64,000 nt of DNA from a virus (taxonomy: Duplodnaviria; Caudoviricetes). Position numbers and translations under genes: made by a program. Below, piece by piece: positions 56,349 to 64,000 of this stretch; position 1 is the stretch's first letter, and every line of letters begins with the position of its first letter. The notes under the pieces are model-generated. The model searched no databases and had not been told where the DNA came from. It was given only the letters and a program-made list of their open reading frames with translations. The stretch spans positions 32,001 to 96,000 of IMG/VR virus record IMGVR_UViG_3300030330_006525; one strand, 5' to 3'.

Positions 56349-56398
56349 AACTCATTATCCTCCTGTATTATACATAATAATTAGGCAAATTTAAAATT

Positions 56399-59395
56399 TT
56401 AATCCTCAAAAGCTGCGCCAGTATTAGTAATTACAAAATCAATTGCAATAAACTCAATTGCACGGGCTGGCTTTAAAAAGATTTTAGCATACATAATATT
56501 TCGGTCAACCAAATCTGGAGTAGTTGTGGAGCTGTCCAAAACCACTGCAAAGTCCGAAAGACCAAAACCAAGTTTAACACTCTCTAAGAAAGGCTTAACT
56601 TCTGAAACAAATCTCAACCATGTGGTCTGAACATTCTGGTCGAACAAGAGATTGTTTGCAATTCTTGAAATTCTCTTCTTAACAAAAATCATAAGTCTTC
56701 TTACGTTAATCCTGTCCAAAGCGGAAGGAGTAACTTGTAGAGTCTTTTGACCGAACACTACAATACCCTCTGCAGGAAAAGTTGCAATTGGGTTAATGTT
56801 TGCAGCGTAAAGTTCATCTCTATCAGCAGACGTTAGTTTCTCAGAAACATTGATTACTGGTAAACCGGCAGAGCCTTCTGTTAAACCGCCTCTATTGAAG
56901 CCGGCTGGTGCAAACCAAACTGCTGCTCTTCTTTCTGTGTTGGCAAAAACGCCCAAAGCAATAACACTTGGAGGCACCCATACATTTTTGTCACTAATTT
57001 CATCATAAATCATAACCCATGGGTAATAAGTACATCCATAGCTTGAATTGATTCCTCGTTGCTCAAAAGTGCTTACAACACTACTTAATGTTCCAGTTCT
57101 AGCCTTAAAGGAACCCTTTTTCGCTTCGTGAGGAGGAGTATACACATCTGGCAAGTCGACAACTGCCAACGAATCTCCTCTTGCTTCACAAGTATCAATA
57201 AGCTTCTTTGTGAGAGTAGCGTTTGTAAGACCAGGAATTGTCATGATATTAGATTCGATGACCTCTGGGTCTGTGACTAAATCAATTGCTCTTTCAACAC
57301 TAGCGTATGCATAGCTAGTTTGAGCGCTAGTGCCCAACCTAGTGTTGTTGAATGGGTCTTGCTCTCTAACATTTACACCATCATGGCCACCAAAGAATGG
57401 GGCTGTAAACCGGTCGATGCCTGACGATAAAACTTTTCTCCAACCATCGGCGTGTTTAGAAAGACACAATTCGTGACCAGAGGCCCTGGAACCACTCAAA
57501 TAGTAGAACTTATCTTTTGTTGTGTCGCCACAAACATCATCCAGAGAAAAAGCAAATGATCTAGCGGTCTGTTCTTCTTGGGTTGAATTAGCGGTAGGGT
57601 GTCTTTCGGCATCGAGTGAATGTGGTAGTGCCCGTAGAATATCTAAAACACTGGCATCAAATTCTGTGGAGCTAGCTCCCCGAGTTGTTCTAATACCAAA
57701 ATATGCATCTGTTGGTTCCGATAAAGCGCCATCAGAAGCAGACAAGCGCAAAGCTAATTTTGGAAAATCAAGTGTTAGCTTAGCAACCGCTGGCGAGTGT
57801 GAGGTTATGGTGCCACCGTCACTGCTACCAGATGCAAAGAGCAGCCAATTGCTCTTTGGCCTTGTACCATCGGCGTTATCAATGTGATAAGTAGCTCCAT
57901 GAACTGTGGCGCGTGATGCCGGAACATTGTTCTGGACAACTGTCTTTAGAGCAGGAGGACCGATAAAACCAAACGGTAATAATTCAGCTTCCATAGAACC
58001 ATTGTCTACATCCTGGTGGACCTCAACTCTAATATACCTAGAAATGTTCGGATAACTTCCATAAAATCTATTTCTCTTTTTGGTTTCATCATATTCACTG
58101 TAAGTGTCTCCAATCTTTCTAGCAATATAGTTAGAAGATTGTGGATTCAAATTACAATTTGCAAATCTTTCAACAACAATAGGCACCTCATCTGTATCTC
58201 TAATGTCACGGATAACGACTGTAAACGTACCATATGGATTTGGGCTGTTTTGATTTGCTGCGCGGATATCTTGGATAGAAACCTTAAATCTTTTTTGTAG
58301 TGATTCGCCGTATCCTAAACCATGAAACTTAAACAGTCTCTGCATGTTTACTGGGTCGAATCCGCCTCTAGCTGCTGCAGTTTGTGCAGTTTGCTGTGAA
58401 ATAAACCAGCCTGTTTGACCTTCTTTTGATTCAAAAGTGTAGTCACCCCAAGAATTTGAGCCTTGGCCATAAATTTCAGCAACCGCAACTGCGTAATGCT
58501 CAGATTGGGCAAGCTTCGCTGTGGCAACAGGAGCGGTAATGATAGTATCATTTATATGTTGTTCGAAAGTCTCGCCTAGCCAGTACTTTGTTCTCGGACC
58601 AGTTGTGTCCTGAGAGATAGCAGTCGTTGTTAAAGTTGGGTTGGTGTTCAAAACCTTTCTAATAAATCTATCTGAATTTCTGTTAAAGTTAAAAACTATA
58701 GTTTCAGATTTTGAATTTGTTTCATCAGTAATGTGAAGCTTGAACTCTGGAACCGCAGAGCCTGCGGGGGAGATTGTGTTAACAAAACGTCCACCTGCAG
58801 ATGTCACCGATTTATCGGCGGTGTTGTGACCAGCTGCTGAAGTAGTAGCAGAACCAGAAGCTTTAACTGTGATTGAACTAGTGCCGTCAGTAGTGTAAAT
58901 TATACCCGCAACTGCTGCAGTAAGGGTATGTGTTGACTGCTGGTTGCCGGTGTCGCCATGTTCTGAAGCGGCAGAACCAGATCTAGCAATAAGAATAGCA
59001 TATGCTTTGCCGCCCGCACCAAAACCAGCTTCTCCGTTTTGGCTTGTTCCTGAAGCAGCTGTTGCATTTTTGTGCTCAACACCTAAAAGTCTAACAAAAT
59101 TTACAGGACCACTGTTTCTAAGATATGCTTGCACCGCATATGCTGCATAAGAGGGAGCTAAATTACCGTTACCCTCTCTCCAAACATCTGTGCCCGCGGA
59201 ACCAGCAATAGGATTGCCGAATGTTTCAATAAAATCTGCCATAGATTCAACTCTGACCGGCTGCATAGCAGGTCCCTGACTGGCTCGACCAATGATAATT
59301 GGGCCGACTGCGGGAGATTGTTTCGGTAATTGACTGTTATCAATTTCGTTGAGAAAAACTCCGGGGGATACAAACTTAAACTTCTGTGCTGACAT
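56399..59395 (-). CDS. Tail sheath protein (gp18-like), enlarged
   Basis: FVSPGVFLNEID, WFAPAGFNRG, INPIATFP, GQKTLQ, ALDRINVRRL, KPARAIEFI. Confidence 0.95.
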   Translation of the reverse strand: MSAQKFKFVSPGVFLNEIDNSQLPKQSPAVGPIIIGRASQGPAMQPVRVESMADFIETFGNPIAGSAGTDVWREGNGNLAPSYAAYAVQAYLRNSGPVNFVRLLGVEHKNATAASGTSQNGEAGFGAGGKAYAILIARSGSAASEHGDTGNQQSTHTLTAAVAGIIYTTDGTSSITVKASGSATTSAAGHNTADKSVTSAGGRFVNTISPAGSAVPEFKLHITDETNSKSETIVFNFNRNSDRFIRKVLNTNPTLTTTAISQDTTGPRTKYWLGETFEQHINDTIITAPVATAKLAQSEHYAVAVAEIYGQGSNSWGDYTFESKEGQTGWFISQQTAQTAAARGGFDPVNMQRLFKFHGLGYGESLQKRFKVSIQDIRAANQNSPNPYGTFTVVIRDIRDTDEVPIVVERFANCNLNPQSSNYIARKIGDTYSEYDETKKRNRFYGSYPNISRYIRVEVHQDVDNGSMEAELLPFGFIGPPALKTVVQNNVPASRATVHGATYHIDNADGTRPKSNWLLFASGSSDGGTITSHSPAVAKLTLDFPKLALRLSASDGALSEPTDAYFGIRTTRGASSTEFDASVLDILRALPHSLDAERHPTANSTQEEQTARSFAFSLDDVCGDTTKDKFYYLSGSRASGHELCLSKHADGWRKVLSSGIDRFTAPFFGGHDGVNVREQDPFNNTRLGTSAQTSYAYASVERAIDLVTDPEVIESNIMTIPGLTNATLTKKLIDTCEARGDSLAVVDLPDVYTPPHEAKKGSFKARTGTLSSVVSTFEQRGINSSYGCTYYPWVMIYDEISDKNVWVPPSVIALGVFANTERRAAVWFAPAGFNRGGLTEGSAGLPVINVSEKLTSADRDELYAANINPIATFPAEGIVVFGQKTLQVTPSALDRINVRRLMIFVKKRISRIANNLLFDQNVQTTWLRFVSEVKPFLESVKLGFGLSDFAVVLDSSTTTPDLVDRNIMYAKIFLKPARAIEFIAIDFVITNTGAAFED

Positions 59396-59446
59396 ATCAG
59401 TGATTCTCCTATATCTTTTAGAGATTAAAATGCATTATTTCTTTAG

Positions 59447-59453
59447 TAAATAG
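59447..59453 (-). promoter_or_regulatory. Putative late-promoter motif CTA(A/T)TTA; also at 56378, 54601, 51459, 23581, 21542, 15905, 4908, 2452
   Basis: Recurs in short intergenic gaps ahead of structural/late-type genes. Confidence 0.6.
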
Positions 59454-59492
59454 TAAAAATTTATAGCAAAAACCATATTTAATTTCTTAAAT

Positions 59493-59521
59493 AAAAAAAG
59501 GGAGGGGCCGAAACCCCTCCC
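59493..59521 (-). terminator. Rho-independent terminator GGGAGGGG-loop-CCCCTCCC-T7
   Basis: 8-bp GC stem plus U-tract. Confidence 0.85.
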
Positions 59522-59565
59522 AAATTCACAGATTTAAATTAAATCCATTGAATCAAGACTTAAAA

Positions 59566-62500
59566 TCAAGCCTTAACAAACTGAATGGTCAAAACATCGT
59601 CACTATCAAGAGCATCCTCCAAGTAGACATCATCCTGTGAGTGACCAGCAGGTGCGCTTACACCGTCAACAGAAGAGAAGAATCTGTAATCAAATGTATC
59701 ACCGGCTGAACCAGAAGGTGTCAACAAGATACCATTCAAATATACAGATGTACCATCAGCTGAAAGTGGTGTAGCATTAAGAGAAGCTGTAAGACCATTT
59801 GCAGTAGTCTGATGCTCAGCACCAGAAACCTTCATGAAAACTTCTCTTTCAACATCTACTGAGAATGTTGGATTCGATGCACCATCTGACTGCAAACCGT
59901 TACCAGCTGTGATAGCACCACCACAGTATGCCTTAACATCCGTAGCAGGAATCTTCTTCATTGTACCATTGTCATGGATAATAAAACCGTCAGCATCAGC
60001 AATAGTAATGCTAGAACCAACTGCAGTATCACCATCCATCAAGTTGAACTCAGCAGCAGTTGATGTAACAGCTGTACCACCAATATCCAACTTGCCAGCA
60101 GCAAACTGGAAACGACCATCAGCACCATCGACGTGAGCGATAGTTGTAAATGTACCACCATCATTAACGCGGAAGATAATATCCTTGTCTGAAGTCTTGT
60201 TTTCGATGTATAGGTCATCACTTGCTACATAAAAACCAGCGTCAGCGCCTGTACCAAGCGTAATCGAACCAGCAGCACCAACACCACCACCTGAAGAATT
60301 GATAGTCGCTCCAGAATCAACATCGATACTGAAAAGACCACCGGTTGTGATATTGCTTGTACCATTATCAATTGCACCAAAACCAGAGGTAATACTACCA
60401 GCGTCAAGAGCGCCTGCCTCTACCAAATTTGGCATTGCTGTAATTTCATCGTCAAAGTAAGCAGCAAGAGACTGTACAGTTACCTGCTTCATAGTACCAG
60501 CGTCATTAAAAAGAACACCGTCGCCGTCAGCAACAGTAACAGTAGCCACTGTAGAACCACCATCTAGCAATGCAAACTCTGCAGCAGTAACAGCAGCAGA
60601 AGCAGCTGTTGCTTTGTCCGCCATAACAGGTAAGAAATAATTACCTGAGGAGCTGAGTGCTGGTAAGTAGATTGTGGTATCCGCTGCAGGAGCATCACCA
60701 GTACCATCACCACCTGCATGCAATGTTGTTTCGTGAGCATCAGCTGGACCTTCAAAAGTGAAGGAACTAGAAACATTAATAGTTGTACTATCAACTGTTG
60801 TGGTTGAACCCTGAACAACAAGATTTCTTGTAATTGTAAGGTCACGACCAACTGTTACATCACCAAGAGCATCGACACTGAATTTTTCAGCGCCAGTATC
60901 ATTGAGTACTTTTACTTTGGTGCCAGAAGTATCATCACCAAGTTGCATCGAGATACCGTCACCCGAGGTAGATCCCTGGGCATCAATAACTAAGTTGTTA
61001 GCAACTGTTAAGTTCAAATCGTTAGAAGATGCGACTGTAAGATCAGTTCCGTCACCTTCAATCTTTTCACCGTCATCACCAAATGTCATGCCAACACTAG
61101 CAGGAACGTTGATATCAGCTGTAGCAGTAAGATTCAAGTCATTGCTAGAAGCAATTGTCAAATCAGTACCATTACCCTCAATCTTCTCTCCATCATCACC
61201 AAAAGTAAGACCGATATCAGCAGGAAGGTTAACATCACCCCCAGCACCAACACTAATACTAATGTCAGTACCGTCAGACTCAATCTTCTCAGCGCCAGAA
61301 CCGTCTAGCACAAGACCAACACCAGAAGGAAGAATAACATCACTAGTAGCAGTGAGATTGATTTTACCACCGGATGTCACAGTAAGGTCTGTATTATCAC
61401 CCTCTATTTTTTCACCAGTGCCGAACGTGATGCCTACATCAGCAGGAACCACAATATCTGCAACTGCTGTTAAGTTGATGTTATTACCTGAAATAGTAAG
61501 ATCTGTGCCGTTACCTTCAATTTTCTCACCATCATTACCGAAGGTAAGACCAATGTCAGCAGGAATATTGATATCACCACCAGCACCAACGCTAAAGCTG
61601 ATGTCAGTGCCATCAGACTCAATCTTCTCAGCGCCAGAACCGTCTAGCACAAGACCAACATTTGCTGGGATAACGACATCAGATGTTGCTGTAAGATTCA
61701 ACAAACCACTTGAAGAGATTGTTAAATCAGTTCCATCGCCCTCAATTTTCTCACCGTCGTCACCGAAAGTGAGACCGATATCAGAACCAATATTGATGTC
61801 ACCACCAGCACCAACCGTAATTGTCAAGTCAGTACCGTCAGATTCAATCTTTTCGGCAGATGCAAAAGTCAAACCAACACCAGATGGGAGGTTAACATCT
61901 GCAGTCGCTGTCAAGTTAATATTGTTACCTGAAATAGTGAGGTCTGTACCATCACCTTCAATTTTCTCACCATCGTTACCAAAAGTAAGACCAACACCAG
62001 ATGGGATATTGATATCAGCTGTAGCTGTAAGATTCAAATCTGCACTTGCAGCTATTGTCAAATCAGTGCCATCACCACTAATATACTCTGCAGCATCACC
62101 AAAAGCCAATCTGTGGCCAGAGGAAACCATAGCTGTGTTATTAGCGTTTGAGTGAGTTAAAGTAAAAGGCTGAGCGCTACCAACCTTGAAAATTGCACCG
62201 TTGGACAACAAGTCAAGGTCGTCACCGATAACTGCACTCTTTGCAACACTCAAACCACCGTCTGTCTGTAAAGAACCGTCTGTGGTTGTAGTTGCTTCTG
62301 TATCATCGTCAGTGACAATTTTACCTGCAACAGTAAGAACACCAACCGATGAAAGGCTCATTGTTTCTGCTGCAGCAGCGCTAGAAGCAGTCTTAAAAGA
62401 AAGCTTTGTTGCGTTACTATCAGCTGCGAAGTCACCTTCTGAAACAGCCTCGATACCAGCTGCAACCAAAATTGCATCAGTGCCGGTGCCCTCGTCTGGT

Positions 62501-63999
62501 GCCTGAAAGTTAATGACACCCAACTTATCATTGGCTGCAATGTCTGTATCACCAGCTTGCAATGTCATTGTAAAAAATTTATCGTCTCCGCTAGCGGCGT
62601 GCTTAAAAGTCAAACCACTATCAGCGACGTGAGTGACTGTGATTTCTTGATCACTACCGAAATAGAGTATACCTCCATCGGCAAGATAAACATCTGACCA
62701 CTCCTTTGCTGCACTACCTAATGCTGCACCGTCCGCTGTATCCGGAATAAGTGCTGCTGAAATCGACAACTGAGTCGATGAATTAATTTTCGTTCTTGCC
62801 ATTTCTGAAGACCCTCCTCCTCCGCCGCCGCCATTTCCACCGGCAGAGATTGTAAATGTAAAAATACGAACGTTATTACCTGAATTAACCGAACTAGGAC
62901 CCTGCACTGCAACGTGCATCTTATTATCTGAATCAACCGGACCCGAAGACGCATGCGAATTCGCGCTACGATAGTTGAATCTATGTTGGAACGTACTATC
63001 TTGAGCAATCGTACCTTTCCAACCACTCGAACCTGATTCCCAAACCACCAACTTTGGAGTAGTTGAAGCTGCGTCCGCAGATGGTGTATCTGAAATCGCG
63101 AAGAATCTATTTCCATAGGAATAATAATCAGGAATATACCCTTTTAAGTTCCAAGAAAAAATATCTTCTGCTGCTGTTTCCAAGCTACTAAGTGCTGCTG
63201 GCAAAATACCAGTTGCCGAACCTGAAATAAAAGCGTACAAATCAACACCCGTTGGGTCACCCAACCCACTATTGGGATATGTATCTGTATTACCATCAGC
63301 ACCAACAACAAGGATTTGATTACTTCCAGTATGATAATGTAGACCAGAACCAAAAGACTTGTGAGTGCTAGTATTACCGGTCAAGGTATCCACTTGCTGC
63401 CAGTGATTGGTTGCGCTACCATCAACACCTGATTTCAGTGTAAACGAAATTACGTTACCAGCATCGCTACTAAACTTGCGAGTACTCATAGCGAAAGTAG
63501 TATCGTCTATCCAAGTAGCACCTTGAAATTCCTGATTTGATGATACTGTCGGTATCGCATTTTCTGCCACTTCCCAGCTACTACCATCATAAAAAACGTA
63601 GTGTACCTCATCACTATCATTCTCAACCAAAAGGGCGCGGGTGTTACTAGGATTCCAAACCCAATGAAAATCATTTTTAAAGTGACCAATGGTATCACCA
63701 CTTGCCTGGGTTCTTGACCATTCAGCACTGCCGCCGTCAGTGTAAAGATATACACGACCTTGGCTATCATTAGTATTGAACGACAACACTGATGTCGCTG
63801 AAAGGGCATGCATAAGCTGAATTCTTTCGCCCGAACTACCAATTTCACCGTAGTGACTATCATACGACCAACCACTAGAACTAGAGGCCCAAAGGTCCCA
63901 ACCTCTATCACTAGTAGCACCATTGTTCATCTTTACCGTAGGAATAAATATCTGATTACCATTCACACCCAAGTAACCACCTTGATATTCCTGGCCGCT
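59566..63999 (-). CDS. Long fibre/adhesin-like virion protein, 5' end outside the window
   Basis: Frame stays open upstream of 63972 to the window edge; beta-rich N part, Gly linker, D/G/T-rich repeats, C-terminal VYLNG motif. Confidence 0.8.
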   Translation of the reverse strand, partial: SGQEYQGGYLGVNGNQIFIPTVKMNNGATSDRGWDLWASSSSGWSYDSHYGEIGSSGERIQLMHALSATSVLSFNTNDSQGRVYLYTDGGSAEWSRTQASGDTIGHFKNDFHWVWNPSNTRALLVENDSDEVHYVFYDGSSWEVAENAIPTVSSNQEFQGATWIDDTTFAMSTRKFSSDAGNVISFTLKSGVDGSATNHWQQVDTLTGNTSTHKSFGSGLHYHTGSNQILVVGADGNTDTYPNSGLGDPTGVDLYAFISGSATGILPAALSSLETAAEDIFSWNLKGYIPDYYSYGNRFFAISDTPSADAASTTPKLVVWESGSSGWKGTIAQDSTFQHRFNYRSANSHASSGPVDSDNKMHVAVQGPSSVNSGNNVRIFTFTISAGGNGGGGGGGSSEMARTKINSSTQLSISAALIPDTADGAALGSAAKEWSDVYLADGGILYFGSDQEITVTHVADSGLTFKHAASGDDKFFTMTLQAGDTDIAANDKLGVINFQAPDEGTGTDAILVAAGIEAVSEGDFAADSNATKLSFKTASSAAAAETMSLSSVGVLTVAGKIVTDDDTEATTTTDGSLQTDGGLSVAKSAVIGDDLDLLSNGAIFKVGSAQPFTLTHSNANNTAMVSSGHRLAFGDAAEYISGDGTDLTIAASADLNLTATADINIPSGVGLTFGNDGEKIEGDGTDLTISGNNINLTATADVNLPSGVGLTFASAEKIESDGTDLTITVGAGGDINIGSDIGLTFGDDGEKIEGDGTDLTISSSGLLNLTATSDVVIPANVGLVLDGSGAEKIESDGTDISFSVGAGGDINIPADIGLTFGNDGEKIEGNGTDLTISGNNINLTAVADIVVPADVGITFGTGEKIEGDNTDLTVTSGGKINLTATSDVILPSGVGLVLDGSGAEKIESDGTDISISVGAGGDVNLPADIGLTFGDDGEKIEGNGTDLTIASSNDLNLTATADINVPASVGMTFGDDGEKIEGDGTDLTVASSNDLNLTVANNLVIDAQGSTSGDGISMQLGDDTSGTKVKVLNDTGAEKFSVDALGDVTVGRDLTITRNLVVQGSTTTVDSTTINVSSSFTFEGPADAHETTLHAGGDGTGDAPAADTTIYLPALSSSGNYFLPVMADKATAASAAVTAAEFALLDGGSTVATVTVADGDGVLFNDAGTMKQVTVQSLAAYFDDEITAMPNLVEAGALDAGSITSGFGAIDNGTSNITTGGLFSIDVDSGATINSSGGGVGAAGSITLGTGADAGFYVASDDLYIENKTSDKDIIFRVNDGGTFTTIAHVDGADGRFQFAAGKLDIGGTAVTSTAAEFNLMDGDTAVGSSITIADADGFIIHDNGTMKKIPATDVKAYCGGAITAGNGLQSDGASNPTFSVDVEREVFMKVSGAEHQTTANGLTASLNATPLSADGTSVYLNGILLTPSGSAGDTFDYRFFSSVDGVSAPAGHSQDDVYLEDALDSDDVLTIQFVKA
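60995..62095 (-). repeat. Ten EKIE(G/S)DGTDLTI repeats of ~34-45 aa in the fibre gene, incl. an exact 48-bp duplication (61274-61321, 61613-61660)
   Basis: Counted in the translation and read in DNA. Confidence 0.85.
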
Positions 64000-64000
64000 T

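Noticed and set aside
45438-59395. Bacterial extracellular contractile injection system or cellular chromosome
   Set aside because: Tail genes are contiguous with a phage-type replisome, single-strand dense coding and many tiny ORFans; no cellular operon context.
2882-62506. Plus-strand ORFs (e.g. 18593-19243, 42680-43297, 60902-62155)
   Set aside because: All are antisense shadows of well-supported minus-strand genes, without recognisable motifs or SD sites.

Overview
A 64 kb segment of an AT-rich, large (probably jumbo) contractile-tailed dsDNA phage, standard genetic code, with essentially every credible gene on the minus strand. Reading in the direction of transcription (high to low coordinates): a partial tail-fibre-like gene, tail sheath, tube, tail-assembly chaperone (with a likely frameshift), tape measure and baseplate genes (45.4-64 kb); a replication/nucleotide block with compact PolA-like, tubulin/FtsZ-like, gp32-type SSB, RecA, 5'-3' exonuclease, DnaB, class II RNR, DUF262, Mom-like, ThyX, DnaE, dUTPase and IMPDH/GMPR (24-45.4 kb); a proteostasis set (GroEL, GroES-like, ClpP, Hsp20, FKBP, glutaredoxin) mixed with probable head-internal proteins; and an early/accessory region (1-13 kb) with UvsE, thymidine kinase, MoxR AAA + vWA/zincin, three tRNAs and about 20 tiny KOW/SH3-like genes. 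The most striking feature is that many of the tiny genes are chained by a conserved ~24-bp junction (GAGGTTATCAGTGAAAGTCGGTGA) that is at once the C-terminus and stop of one gene and the SD and start of the next, giving a repeat-spacer array whose spacers are divergent protein-coding cassettes. Other notable items: a cloverleaf RNA with an aberrant anticodon loop, tRNA-Ile(UAU), a cobalamin-riboswitch-like leader, a KOW-Smr fusion, a myxobacterial-type vWA lipoprotein, and two promoter classes. All family calls come from motif recognition by eye; no searches were run.
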